Below are positions 19,262 through 29,551 of a stretch of 64,000 bases of DNA, piece after piece. The number at the start of each line of letters is the position of its first letter. Position 1 is the first letter of the stretch. The notes beneath the pieces are model-generated. The model was not told the origin of the DNA, made no database searches, and worked only from the letters and a program-made list of their open reading frames with translations. This stretch comes from Planctomycetota bacterium (GTDB taxonomy: Bacteria > Planctomycetota > UBA8108 > SXIK01), in NCBI GenBank assembly GCA_965223265.1, contig OZ244999.1, forward strand, positions 2,272,001-2,336,000, read 5' to 3'. Position numbers and translations under genes: made by a program.

Positions 19262-22200
19262 TTATTCGTCGAACAGAGTGAGTTGCGTAAACTGCGGCTG
19301 CGGTTTAGGGCGGTGCCGCGACGATGTCGCGACAAGAAGCTGCGGGTTGATCGTTTCCACGAACGGCGTGCGCGCGAGTCGGCGCACCTTACCTTGCCAG
19401 CGGCGCTGCGCTGCATGGGTGAGCAAAAGACGCTTTTCGGCACGGGTCATGCCGACGAAAAACAGACGTTGTTCTTCGATGAGATTCTCCGTGCTCGCGT
19501 CTCCATCGAAGCGAATGGGTAGGACGCCATCTTCGCAGCCGACGATGAAAACGATCGGGAACTCCAGACCCTTGGCAGCGTGCAGCGTCAAAAGCGAGAC
19601 CGCTTCGGCGCGAGGATCCCAGAGGTCCACGTCGACGCCAAGCTGGACGTCACTCACGAACTGTTCGACCTGATGGCTGCGCTCGGCGACCTGTAACAGG
19701 GGATCGAGGTACTCCTTGATCGTCGGGTCGTCCTGTTGCACCAGTGTTGCTACTTCAGTGATGTATTCCCGGACCGAGAGATCGCTGCGCCGCTCAAGCG
19801 GTGTGGCGGCGATGTGCGCGAGGAGTGTCTCCACGGCTGGGACTGCGGCGAGGCGCTCGTGAGAGCGCTGCTGAAAAGGCATGCCGGAGCGATGGAGGGC
19901 TTTGGCGATGACGTCTGCCTGTTTTTGCGTTCGGTAGAGAACCGCGAAGTCGCAGAAGGCGAGTGAGCTTCTGTCTTCGCCGGCTGTGACGCGGCCGCTG
20001 TCCATCGAAAAGAACGTCGAACCGCCGATCATGCGCTCGATCGAATGAACGACAAACTCAGCCTCCGCCCGATCGGAGGCGCAGGCCCGCACCTCGATGT
20101 GCGGAAAACCGTCGGTGACGCTGGTCAGCGAGCGGTCGGCCACCAGGCTGACCGGTGCGATCATTTGCATGGAGGCATCGACGATCGCACGTGAAGAGCG
20201 GTAGTTCGTCGTCAGCGAAACCTCACGCGCCGATGGGAAGTCTTTCTTGAATGACTGAAAGAATCGTACGTCGCCACCGCGAAAACGGTAGATCGCTTGG
20301 TCAGGGTCGCCGATGACGCAGATGTTGCCGTCGCTGGGTGCCAGTTGGCGAATGAGGCGATACTGCAAGATGTCGACGTCTTGATACTCGTCGACAGAAA
20401 TCCAGCGAAAACGTTCGCGGTATGCGGCTGCGAGATCAGGGCAGTCGTCAAATAGTTCGACCGGCAGTACGACCAGATCGTCGAAGTCGACGCAGCCGGT
20501 TTCGCGCAGCTCGGCGTCGTACTGCTGCGTGAGCGCCTCGAGAACATCCGTGGTTATCGCTGCGCCAGACCTTTGAAGGTTTCGATCGTCGGCACGTTCT
20601 TTGTGTTGGCCGCCGCGTTTAAACCGTGAGAGCGTGCGCAGGAGCTGTTCGAGCTTGCGCTTCCCCCGCAACTGAGCGCCGACACCGAGCGTGCGGGCGG
20701 ACTTCTTCGCTGCTTCGAGTTGCTCAGCGGTCGTGGCGATGCGAATGGGGCATTTCACACCGACACGTGCGCCGTGCTCTTCGAGGACAGATCGACCGAA
20801 GGCGTGAAACGTCGCGACGACGATGCGGCGTGCAGCAGCTCCGAGTGTCTGCCGCAGGCGACGGCGCATTTCCTCTGCGGCTCGGTTCGTGAAGGTGATG
20901 GCCAGACAGCTTTCCGGTCGAGCTTCACCTCGTTGAACGAGGCGCACGAGTCGCTGCGTCAATGTACGGGTCTTGCCGCTGCCGGGGCCAGCAACGATGA
21001 TGACGGGCCCGCTGGTTAGGTTCACGGCCAGAGTCTGCTCGGCGTCGAGTTCATCGTTCGGCTCGCTGCTGGCCGCCGTGGATGCAGCGGATGCATCGCC
21101 GCTGTGGATGACCGGCTTTTCCTGCAAGGCGGCGTCAGTTCTCTTCGCTGGCGTCGCTTCTGCGGCTGCTGCCGCTGCCGGCCGTTTCGATGTCGTCTGG
21201 TCCGGCAGGGCGAACAGGAGCCCGCCTTCTCTGCGGCGAGCTAGCTCCTCCGGATCGAATAGGCGGATGGTGCCGTACTGGCCGTCGAATCCGGGTTCAC
21301 GGATGACGTCGCCTTCGCGCATGCGGCGGAGGGCCTCAGCGACCAAGGGCGATCCTGCACCTTCGACTTCCTCGAGCGGAACGTCTTCCAAAATTGACAG
21401 CTCCGGTCCAAGGCGCGAGACCAGGTGGGCGTAGCGGGTTTGCACGGCTTTGCTCTTCGGTCCTACCCCTTGGACCTCGGAGATCACTTCTTCTAAGGGC
21501 ACGAAACTTCTGAATGGGGAATCGTCGTCGGTGCGAAAACTTTCGTCGCGGTCAGCCAGCTCGCTGATGCGGCGCATGACGCCCAGTGTCAGCGGCTGAC
21601 CACACTCCGGGCAGCGGTCGTCACACTCGCGAGACTCTTCGGGGGTCAAGCAGACGCCACACTTGCGGTGTCCATCGAGGTGGTACTTTCCCTCCTCAGC
21701 GAAAAACTCGACGGTGCCGCCATAGTCCTCCCGCGTCTCGAGCGCGCGCCGCATGGCCCAGTAGTCGAGATCCGTCTCAAAGCGACACGCCTCGCGGCCG
21801 ATCTTTGGTGGCGAGTGGGCATCCGAGTTCGACACCAAGGTGTAACGATCAAGCATCGATAGCCGGCGATTCATCGGCGGATCGGAGGAGAGGCCGGTTT
21901 CCACAGCGAAGATCTCTCCGGCGAGATCGCCGTAGCAGTGCTCGATGGAGTCGAACCCTGACTTCGAGCCGAGGGCTGCGAACCATGGTGTCCAGATGTG
22001 TGCTGGAATCAGGTAGCACCCTTCACCCGACTCGAGCGTGATTTCGAGGAGATCACGAGAGTCGAGTCCTAGGATTGGCCGTCCATCGGAAGCGAGGTTG
22101 CCGATGCGTCCGAGCGCGCGATTGAACCGGCGCACCGATTCGAGATCCGGAGCATAGATCAGGTGATGGACTTTGCGGGTGGCGTCGTCCTTTTTGTAGA

Positions 22201-22489
22201 TCGTCGAGATCTCAACCTCGAGCAAGAAGCGCGTCGGCGGCGCGGCGGGACCGTCGAGCCAGCTGTCGACCAGCGCCTCGAGCTCGGGCGTCAGCCGGAA
22301 CAGACCCGGCTCAGCGGCAACGAGTTTGGTTTCGATCTCGCTGAGCCACTCCGGATGGGTGAAGTCGCCGGTGCCGAGAACGGTGACGCCTTTCTTGCGC
22401 GCCCAGAAGGACATGTGCTCCAGATCGAGGTCACGGCTAGTTGCGCGTGAATACTTCGAATGCACGTGAAGATCGGCATAGAAGCCCAT
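19262..22489 (-). CDS. PHP/endonuclease-Q-like domain fused to UvrD/REP SF1 helicase
   Basis: N-terminal 'ADLHVHSKYSRATS', 'GTGDFTHP', 'SNSDAHS', Zn finger 'GKYH.DGHRKC...CPECG'; helicase 'AGPGSGKT', 'VDEYQD', 'GDPDQAIYRFRG', 'NYRS', 'TLHAAKGLEF', 'RLFFVGMTRA'. Confidence 0.93.
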   Translation of the reverse strand: MGFYADLHVHSKYSRATSRDLDLEHMSFWARKKGVTVLGTGDFTHPEWLSEIETKLVAAEPGLFRLTPELEALVDSWLDGPAAPPTRFLLEVEISTIYKKDDATRKVHHLIYAPDLESVRRFNRALGRIGNLASDGRPILGLDSRDLLEITLESGEGCYLIPAHIWTPWFAALGSKSGFDSIEHCYGDLAGEIFAVETGLSSDPPMNRRLSMLDRYTLVSNSDAHSPPKIGREACRFETDLDYWAMRRALETREDYGGTVEFFAEEGKYHLDGHRKCGVCLTPEESRECDDRCPECGQPLTLGVMRRISELADRDESFRTDDDSPFRSFVPLEEVISEVQGVGPKSKAVQTRYAHLVSRLGPELSILEDVPLEEVEGAGSPLVAEALRRMREGDVIREPGFDGQYGTIRLFDPEELARRREGGLLFALPDQTTSKRPAAAAAAEATPAKRTDAALQEKPVIHSGDASAASTAASSEPNDELDAEQTLAVNLTSGPVIIVAGPGSGKTRTLTQRLVRLVQRGEARPESCLAITFTNRAAEEMRRRLRQTLGAAARRIVVATFHAFGRSVLEEHGARVGVKCPIRIATTAEQLEAAKKSARTLGVGAQLRGKRKLEQLLRTLSRFKRGGQHKERADDRNLQRSGAAITTDVLEALTQQYDAELRETGCVDFDDLVVLPVELFDDCPDLAAAYRERFRWISVDEYQDVDILQYRLIRQLAPSDGNICVIGDPDQAIYRFRGGDVRFFQSFKKDFPSAREVSLTTNYRSSRAIVDASMQMIAPVSLVADRSLTSVTDGFPHIEVRACASDRAEAEFVVHSIERMIGGSTFFSMDSGRVTAGEDRSSLAFCDFAVLYRTQKQADVIAKALHRSGMPFQQRSHERLAAVPAVETLLAHIAATPLERRSDLSVREYITEVATLVQQDDPTIKEYLDPLLQVAERSHQVEQFVSDVQLGVDVDLWDPRAEAVSLLTLHAAKGLEFPIVFIVGCEDGVLPIRFDGDASTENLIEEQRLFFVGMTRAEKRLLLTHAAQRRWQGKVRRLARTPFVETINPQLLVATSSRHRPKPQPQFTQLTLFDE

Positions 22490-23005
22490 CGGAGCCTCCG
22501 GACGGATTCTCGGATCGAACCGGCGCGATAGATTGATCAGGACACGGCTTGTTCAGAATGCGGGGGACTGCGAGAGTTACGTGGATCGCGTGGCCGCGCC
22601 ATCGCGACGAGTCTCAATGCGCACGAGGATGTCCGCGAGCTGCGCGATAACCCGGCGCGAGTCACGCAGGTGCTCGTCAGACGTTGTGTGTGCACGAGAA
22701 GCGCCGCAAGCACAAGGAACCACCATGAACCACCTGAGGCTTCTCTCTGCGCGGCATTGTGTTCCAACGCGGCGGTGATGTCCATGCCTGATTTTTCGCG
22801 GGAATCGTATCGACGCGCGATCACCGTCGACCTCTCTCTGTTCTTACCTGTAGCGCGGTGGTCCCGCGACTCGAATCCTGGACCTCAAGTCGTGAGGCCG
22901 TCTGGGTTTTGGGGTGCACGCCGGAGCTATTTGATGGATCATGGCTCGCTCCGACGCCAAGCTCAGCGTGGCGCGGAGGGTCGGTGCATCTGTGGAGGTT
23001 TCCTT

Positions 23006-24952
23006 ATGGCACGGACGAACCGAGGCGACGAGGAGCGCGGCGATTGGCGTGGCGCCTACGGGCGCGTCGCAGCGTGGATTGCGTTGGCTTCTCTGATTGG
23101 TGGCATTGCTTCGCTGCTAGCTTTTCCGTGGGGGTCGCTAGCGACGAGGCTTTTTCTTCCCGCGGCCCTCTTTGGTGAAGCTGCAATCGTCGCCGTCCTT
23201 GGCGTCGCCTTGAGCGTGAGCGGGGGGCGTCGCGGCGCTCTCATTGCCAACCTCGTGCTTGTTGTGGTCATTGTTCTCACGGTCGCTTCTGGGGTGTCCC
23301 GGCTGGCTCAGGGATGGGGACTGAGAGGTGGTGCTCCACTCGACTGGCGCGGAAGGGTTGTGCTGCCCGATGATTACGAGCACCCCGACGCAGGCTTGTT
23401 GGACGTGAGCGTGAGCTACGAGTGGTTTGGCCGGGGACTCAGGTATAGCCATGGTTACATAGATGAGAACGGAGTCTTCGTGATACCGCCCCAGTTCGAT
23501 GTCGCGGGGGCCTTTAATGACGGCGTCGCCGTGGTCTCTGTGGACGATGAATACGGCGTGATTGATGCGAGTGGGACGTGGTTCGTTCTCCCAGGCTACA
23601 CGTCTTGCCTGTGGCGTTTTCGTAACCATCGTCTCGGGGTCGAAGCTCTATCCGGGCTCTGGGGATTTGTCGACCCCAACGGAGTTGAGGTCATCGCGCC
23701 TCGGTTCGACGAAGTTAGACACTTTTACGAAAATTATGCCGCCGTGCGGATCGGCGACCTGTGGGGATACGTAGATCAAAGCGGAGAGATGATCGAGCCT
23801 CAGTTCGACGAGGCTCAGTATTTTGCCGGAGGTCTCGCCGCTGTGCGAACCGGCGACCTGTGGGGATACGTAGACCGACACGGGGAGTACGCGATTCCGC
23901 CGCGTTTTGGCGAAGCATGGCCTCTTTCCGATGATCGAGCCGCGGTGAACGTCGGTGGCTTCACTTCTGCGATGCTCGAGTGTCGCGGTGGCGCCTGGGG
24001 CTACGTCGACAACGAGGGAAAGTTGGCGATCCCCCCGAGATTTCCGAGCCCGAGCTGGTTCGATGCGGGGGTCGCCAAGGTCGAACTCGGCGCGCACGAG
24101 TTTCGAATCAACAAGCAGGGAGGCATCGTCGGCACGCGGGCGCCGGCGGGTGACGAACGATGGACGCCTCGTTTCACGGCGGGTCAGCGCCGTGAGTTTA
24201 TGCTGTCACAAGAGGTCATTACACAAGGGATCGATTCAGAAACCGTTGTGATGGCAGACCGAGACATTGAAGTGACGGTGCGAGAGGTCAAATCTGAGGG
24301 TGCCGCCATCGATTGGCGCGCTGGGACTCTCGATATGGTCGACGGCGACCGACAGGATATCCCGAAATGGTTTCGCCTTGATGAAGACTTTCAGTACCGC
24401 GTTCGCACCGATGCGAGTGGCTGTCCCCAAAGGCTGGAGAATCTCGTCGCGTATCAGAAGGTCGTAGCACCCACCAACGGAAAGGGGCATGAAGACGAAG
24501 CGGGCGAGGCGGATTTGACGACGAACGGTACGTCTGAAGGAGGGTCTCTCGGCATTTCACCAGATTTTCTCGAGGCTTTCGCACTGCGCGATATGTCGAT
24601 TCTCTTTGGGGCCTGTGCCGTGCCAGCGATCGCAGCGGAGTCGAAGCCTCGGCGCGAGTTGGTGTGGCTGCCTCGTTTTGGCGCGTTCGAAACGGAGACA
24701 AATCTTCAAGTACTTTTGCCGGCGTCGGACGAGGACGTTGTCGTCGTGCACCGTTGGCAGCAGGGGCAGCCCGCCGGAAGATCTGGCGCCGAGGAGAGGT
24801 CGCGCGTGACTGATAGACTCTTCGTGCAGACGATCTACGAGATTGACCCTGCTAGCGGTTGGCCACGAGACGTCACGTACGAATCGACCGTGCGCCTTGG
24901 AGACGATGTGCAGTATTTGCGAATGATCTTCGAAGCCGTCACTGACGATTAG
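23006..24952 (+). CDS. WG-repeat membrane protein
   Basis: GGAGG SD before ATG 23006; three N-terminal TM helices; repeats 'WGYVDxxGxxxIxPxFDxAxxF'. Confidence 0.85.
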   Translation: MARTNRGDEERGDWRGAYGRVAAWIALASLIGGIASLLAFPWGSLATRLFLPAALFGEAAIVAVLGVALSVSGGRRGALIANLVLVVVIVLTVASGVSRLAQGWGLRGGAPLDWRGRVVLPDDYEHPDAGLLDVSVSYEWFGRGLRYSHGYIDENGVFVIPPQFDVAGAFNDGVAVVSVDDEYGVIDASGTWFVLPGYTSCLWRFRNHRLGVEALSGLWGFVDPNGVEVIAPRFDEVRHFYENYAAVRIGDLWGYVDQSGEMIEPQFDEAQYFAGGLAAVRTGDLWGYVDRHGEYAIPPRFGEAWPLSDDRAAVNVGGFTSAMLECRGGAWGYVDNEGKLAIPPRFPSPSWFDAGVAKVELGAHEFRINKQGGIVGTRAPAGDERWTPRFTAGQRREFMLSQEVITQGIDSETVVMADRDIEVTVREVKSEGAAIDWRAGTLDMVDGDRQDIPKWFRLDEDFQYRVRTDASGCPQRLENLVAYQKVVAPTNGKGHEDEAGEADLTTNGTSEGGSLGISPDFLEAFALRDMSILFGACAVPAIAAESKPRRELVWLPRFGAFETETNLQVLLPASDEDVVVVHRWQQGQPAGRSGAEERSRVTDRLFVQTIYEIDPASGWPRDVTYESTVRLGDDVQYLRMIFEAVTDD

Positions 24953-25096
24953 ACCGCGCGTTCTTCGGCCGGCGTACCGCCTCTCCGGACTCCGCTCAGT
25001 TGTGTGTGCGCGGCGCACCGAACTTGAGGGTTTGCGCCGCACCTCGAATCTCTGTAGCATGGGCGCCTTCTTTCCCACCGTGAGCACGAGTGCGCC

Positions 25097-25450
25097 ATGC
25101 CTGACAACGCCCCAAGCGCCGACTCCGCTGACCGCCCAGCGCCGCAGCCGCGCGAGGTCGAGATCAGCGCCTCTCTGGCGCGCTATTGGCGGTCGAACGT
25201 TCTGACGATGGCGTTTCTGCTTGTGATCTGGGCGGCCGCGGGGCTCGGCTGCGGCGTCCTCTTCGCTGACCGGTTGAACGCCTACAAGATCGGCGGCTAT
25301 CCGCTCGGCTTTTGGTTCGCACAGCAGGGCTCGATCATCGTCTTCGTGCTCATCATTTTGATTTACGCCATTGCCCTCAACCGGCTCGACGCCAAACACC
25401 ACCGCGAAATCGAGGCGATCAAAGCAAGGCGCGGCGAGGGGCGATCATGA
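25097..25450 (+). CDS. DUF4212-type small subunit of a solute:sodium symporter
   Basis: 'YWRSN', 'GYPLGFWFAQQGSI'; ATGA overlap with the symporter gene. Confidence 0.9.
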   Translation: MPDNAPSADSADRPAPQPREVEISASLARYWRSNVLTMAFLLVIWAAAGLGCGVLFADRLNAYKIGGYPLGFWFAQQGSIIVFVLIILIYAIALNRLDAKHHREIEAIKARRGEGRS

Positions 25451-27303
25451 GCGTTCGTGCGTGGACATTCATCTTCGTCGGCATCACGTTCGGGCTTTAC
25501 CTCGTGATCGCCTGGCTCAGCCGCGTGCGCGACACCAAGGGCTTCTACGTTGCCGGCCGCGGCGTCCCGGCCGCAGCCAACGGCATGGCGACGGCGGCGG
25601 ACTGGATGAGCGCAGCCTCGTTCATCTCCATGGCCGGGCTCATCAGCTTCATGGGCTACGCCGGGGGCATGTATCTCATGGGCTGGACGGGGGGCTACGT
25701 CTTGCTCGCGCTTCTCCTCGCGCCGTACCTACGCAAGTTCGGTCACTTCACCGTGCCGGACTTCATCGGTGACCGCTACGCATCGGATATGGCGCGTGCC
25801 GTCGCCGTCGTCTCGGCGCTCTTCGTCAGCTTCACGTACGTGGCGGGGCAGATGCGCGGCGTCGGTGTCGTCTTCTCTCGTTTCCTCGAGGTCGACATCA
25901 ATGTCGGCGTCATGATCGGCATGGGCATCGTTTTCATCTACGCCACGCTCGGCGGCATGAAGGGCATCACCTGGACGCAGGTAGCGCAGTATTGGGTGCT
26001 GATCACGGCCTTCCTGATTCCCGCCATCGCCATCAGCATTCGCCTCACCGGCCAGGCGTTACCACAGGTCGGACTTGGCTCGGAGCTGCAGGCTGGAGGG
26101 TACCTGCTCGAGAAGCTGAACCAGATCCACGCTGATCTTGGTTTTTCGAGTTACACCGCGGCGTTCGAAGGCAAGTGGGATAAGGCCAACGTTTTCTTCG
26201 TGACGCTCGCCCTGATGGCTGGCACGGCAGGCTTGCCGCACGTGATCGTGCGTTTCTACACGGTGAAGAACGTGCGCGCGGCGCGCTCGTCGGCCTTCTG
26301 GGCACTGTTCTTCATTTCGCTTCTCTACCTCACGGCGCCTGCCACGGCGGCATTTGCGCGCTACTACATGATCGACTCTCTGCAGGGGAAGGTCGCCTCA
26401 GAGCTTCCGAACTGGTTTCGCAGTTGGGAAAAGACAGGACTGATCCTTTGGCTCGACGACGGGGACGGCAAGCTGCGCTACTCGGCCGGAGATGACAACG
26501 AGGTGTTCAGCTTCAACGCCGGGAAGGTTCGCGAGAGCGCCGGCGAAGCCGTGCCGCATGCGACGATCGCCGCGAATCACCAGGCATGGATCTCCACAGC
26601 CGGCCGTGAGGGGGAGGACTGGCGGCCGCGGCTGCGTCAAGCGGGGCTTTCTGGGCCGGACCGCGACATCATCGTCTTGGCGACCCCTGAAATGGCGGAC
26701 CTTGCCGCGTGGATCATCGCGCTGGTCGCGGCCGGCGGACTGGCTGCGGCGCTGTCGACAGCGTCGGGGCTATTGTTGGTGATCTCATCCGCTGTGGCAC
26801 ACGATGTCTACGCGCGCATGGTCAACCCGGATGCGAACGAGAAGAACAGGCTTCTTGTCGGGCGAGCGGTGATCGGAGTTGCCGTCGTCGTCGCGGGCCT
26901 CTTCGGCATCTTTCCACCGGGATTTGTCAGCGAAGTCGTAGCCTTCGCGTTCGGCCTTGCCGCGGCATCTTTTTTTCCCGCGATCGTTCTCGGCATCTTC
27001 TCCAAAAGAGTGGGCACGATCCCCGCCGTTGCCGGAATGGTCGTTGGGCTAGCGTTCACCAGCTACTACATCGTGAGTGTCGTCTACGCGGAGATGGAGC
27101 CGTGGACCTTCGGAATGTTCGAGCGCGGCATCAGCGCACAAGGGATCGGCTCGATCGGGATGCTCCTCAACTTCGTCGTCACGTTAGCGCTGACGCCGTT
27201 CTTCCCAGCCCCCAGCGCGAAGGTACAGGAGCTCGTCGATCTCGTGCGCGAGCCCGAAGGCGACGCGCCTGCCGTCGACATTGACTCTGCGCCCGAGCAC
27301 TAA
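25447..27303 (+). CDS. Sodium:solute symporter (ActP-like cation/acetate family)
   Basis: 'FYVAGRG', 'NGMATAADWMSAASF', 'LGGMKGITWTQVAQY', 'GTAGLPHVIVRFY', 'AAALSTASGLL'. Confidence 0.93.
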   Translation: MSVRAWTFIFVGITFGLYLVIAWLSRVRDTKGFYVAGRGVPAAANGMATAADWMSAASFISMAGLISFMGYAGGMYLMGWTGGYVLLALLLAPYLRKFGHFTVPDFIGDRYASDMARAVAVVSALFVSFTYVAGQMRGVGVVFSRFLEVDINVGVMIGMGIVFIYATLGGMKGITWTQVAQYWVLITAFLIPAIAISIRLTGQALPQVGLGSELQAGGYLLEKLNQIHADLGFSSYTAAFEGKWDKANVFFVTLALMAGTAGLPHVIVRFYTVKNVRAARSSAFWALFFISLLYLTAPATAAFARYYMIDSLQGKVASELPNWFRSWEKTGLILWLDDGDGKLRYSAGDDNEVFSFNAGKVRESAGEAVPHATIAANHQAWISTAGREGEDWRPRLRQAGLSGPDRDIIVLATPEMADLAAWIIALVAAGGLAAALSTASGLLLVISSAVAHDVYARMVNPDANEKNRLLVGRAVIGVAVVVAGLFGIFPPGFVSEVVAFAFGLAAASFFPAIVLGIFSKRVGTIPAVAGMVVGLAFTSYYIVSVVYAEMEPWTFGMFERGISAQGIGSIGMLLNFVVTLALTPFFPAPSAKVQELVDLVREPEGDAPAVDIDSAPEH

Positions 27304-27480
27304 CCCGGTCTTCTCATGAGATTCCGTCGCGAGGCGCCGTAGGTTGGGGCCTGGCAAGGAAGAGTGATCGATCCGACCGGAGGCGTGGTTCCTCCACATC
27401 GAGGATCGGATCGATTACTCTGACGCAGTCCAGGGCTCATCATGCGGTGCCGCAGCAGAAATCTCATGAGAAGACCGAGT
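27303..27480. repeat. MITE-like palindromic intergenic element
   Basis: 21-bp terminal IR ACCCGGTCTTCTCATGAGATT / AATCTCATGAGAAGACCGAGT (1 mismatch); nested internal stem GAGTGATCGATCCGA...TCGGATCGATTACTC. Confidence 0.7.
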
Positions 27481-27562
27481 CAACGCCGGGTCCGCCGCGC
27501 GACGTGTCTTCTGTCCCACCTCGCGGCTCGGGAGCTCACGCGTCAGGTCGTCTCGGCGCAGG

Positions 27563-28552
27563 TCACCGCGCTGCCGCCCGGGCGTACGCCTCTTCGATGA
27601 CGACGTTCACCTGGCGCCCGTCCTCGCCGTCGACACCTGGCCGTCTGCCAGCGAGGATCGCATCAACGAAATCGTCAATCTGCGGCGCGTTCAAGTTGCC
27701 CGGGGGTGGAAGGTGTTCGAGACGCAGTCCCGCTGCGCTTTCGATCGTGAGGTCGCCGTCGTTCAGACGCCCAACGCGCAGCGAGCCGTGTCGACCGACC
27801 ACGAGGAAATCGTCCAGGTCGGCACGCGTACCGAAGAAACAGTGGAGTGTGCCGTGCGCACCGCTGGCAAAGCGCACGTTGAGCGACGCGGTGTCTTCTG
27901 CTTCGATCGGAGCGGAGAGCGTTGCGGTCTGTGCGTCAACGCTGACGATGGGACCGAAGAGATGCTGAAAGAGATGGATGCGATGGCTGCCGATATCCAT
28001 CAGCGAACCGCCGCCGCCTTCGCCGACGATGCCGCGCCAGGCGCGGGCGTCGCCTGGATCCAAACCGAACGCGTTGGACGTGTTCGTGGTGACCGCCAGT
28101 GGTTGACCGATCTCACCGGCGACGAGGAGCTCCGACATGCGCGCGACGACGGGGTAGAACCGCCGGTAGTACGCCACGGCGAGCTTCACGCCGCTCCGAC
28201 GACACGCGTCGATGATTTCGTCACACTCCGCGACGTTCATCCCCATGGGCTTCTCGAGAAGAACGTGTTTGCCGCGCTCCGCCGCGCAGATCGCCTGGGT
28301 GCGATGGAGATAGGTCGGCGTCGCGACATAAACGGCGTCGACGGTGTCGAGACGGCAGAGATCGGAGGCGTCTTCGACGCCCTGCGGCACAGAGAACTCA
28401 CGACAGAACTCCGCCAGCGCTGCCGCGTCGCGCCGGCACGCAGCCACCACACGGCACCGCGGGTGCGATGCGATCGCTGCGGCGACGCGCTTTTTGACGA
28501 CGTCCCCGCAGCCGATGATTCCCCAGCGGATGAATTCCTGTCGTTGATTCAT
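27563..28552 (-). CDS. Gfo/Idh/MocA family oxidoreductase
   Basis: 'WGIIGCG', 'VYVATP', 'KHVLLEKPM', 'GGGSLMDIGSH'. Confidence 0.93.
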   Translation of the reverse strand: MNQRQEFIRWGIIGCGDVVKKRVAAAIASHPRCRVVAACRRDAAALAEFCREFSVPQGVEDASDLCRLDTVDAVYVATPTYLHRTQAICAAERGKHVLLEKPMGMNVAECDEIIDACRRSGVKLAVAYYRRFYPVVARMSELLVAGEIGQPLAVTTNTSNAFGLDPGDARAWRGIVGEGGGGSLMDIGSHRIHLFQHLFGPIVSVDAQTATLSAPIEAEDTASLNVRFASGAHGTLHCFFGTRADLDDFLVVGRHGSLRVGRLNDGDLTIESAAGLRLEHLPPPGNLNAPQIDDFVDAILAGRRPGVDGEDGRQVNVVIEEAYARAAAR

Positions 28553-28582
28553 ACGATGGCGACGTGCGGCCCGATGGGGCTG

Positions 28583-29551
28583 TTAGGCCAGCCAGGCTTT
28601 GTGCAGATCATCGAGCCCCGCGCTCTTCGGATCGCCCGCGTGCAGGACGACGCGGTAACGGAGCCGCAGCTCCTTGCCTCGCTGCAGGTGCCAAGGCTTT
28701 TCGAGATAGTTGAACGGCGACGGCGAGAGATGCCCGTACTCCCGAGTGAACCAGGGGCAAGGCGCCCATGGATTCTCCGGGTGATCGAAGATCGCGATGC
28801 CCTCGACAACGTCTGGGCGCTGCGCCCGGCGACCAAAGTAACCGCACCACGCGGCCGGTTTTCCGTAGGTCCCTTTGGCGCCGATTCCACCTTCCGAGTT
28901 GATCAGCGTGCCGCCATACATCGGTGCGATGTCGGGCGCACAGCGCATGGCGAAGAGCGAGTGCTTGGCCCTCTTGATCGTGATGTCTTGACGGGCGAAG
29001 AGTCGCAGGTCGACATCGACCACGTGGATGCGGTCATTCACGATGCGAAACGTCAACTCGCGTTCGTCCCGCAGCGGCGACGGCGCGGCGGGCCGGATCC
29101 ACTCGCAGTCGTTGCGGAGGGTTGCGTGCCGTGGAGAAGACCCGGTCACCTCGAGTCGCGTCGAGCGGATTTGCCCTTCCTCGAGCGGTCCGTCACTCCA
29201 GTAGTTGCCGCCATTGAGGGGGTCACAGCCGAGCCAGACGCCGCGGTGGTGTGGGTAGGGAAGCGACGACTCGCTCGTCAGCGGCAAGCCGCTCACCGGT
29301 CCACAAAGGGGATGGAGATATGGATACTTCTGGGCGGGGCTGGCGCGGTAAGCCGCCGTCGTGACGTTGTTCCAGCGCAGCAGCAGTTGGCCGCCGTTGA
29401 GGTAGGCGCTCAGGTTTTCCGACTCGGGCACTGGCGCGGTGTAATCCCGTGCCGCCGCGGAGTGCGGACGCACGTTGCTGAGAGTCCAAACAGCCGTCGT
29501 AGCGAGAGCGCCTTTGAGCAAGGATCGTCGCGCAATGGGTCGTTTCTCCAT
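28583..29551 (-). CDS. Tat-exported DUF6807/'PmoA-like' family protein
   Basis: GGAGG SD; twin-arginine 'ARRSLLK'; 'KYPYLHPL', 'YPHHRGVW', 'FDHPENP', 'WFTREYG'. Confidence 0.8.
   Translation of the reverse strand: MEKRPIARRSLLKGALATTAVWTLSNVRPHSAAARDYTAPVPESENLSAYLNGGQLLLRWNNVTTAAYRASPAQKYPYLHPLCGPVSGLPLTSESSLPYPHHRGVWLGCDPLNGGNYWSDGPLEEGQIRSTRLEVTGSSPRHATLRNDCEWIRPAAPSPLRDERELTFRIVNDRIHVVDVDLRLFARQDITIKRAKHSLFAMRCAPDIAPMYGGTLINSEGGIGAKGTYGKPAAWCGYFGRRAQRPDVVEGIAIFDHPENPWAPCPWFTREYGHLSPSPFNYLEKPWHLQRGKELRLRYRVVLHAGDPKSAGLDDLHKAWLA

Noticed and set aside
22533-22824. Short ORFs between the helicase and the WG-repeat gene
   Set aside because: No motif, convincing SD or consistent frame; cannot be supported as genes.
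28583-29551. Methane monooxygenase subunit
   Set aside because: The 'PmoA-like' family name is misleading; this is a soluble Tat-exported protein with no pmoCAB context.
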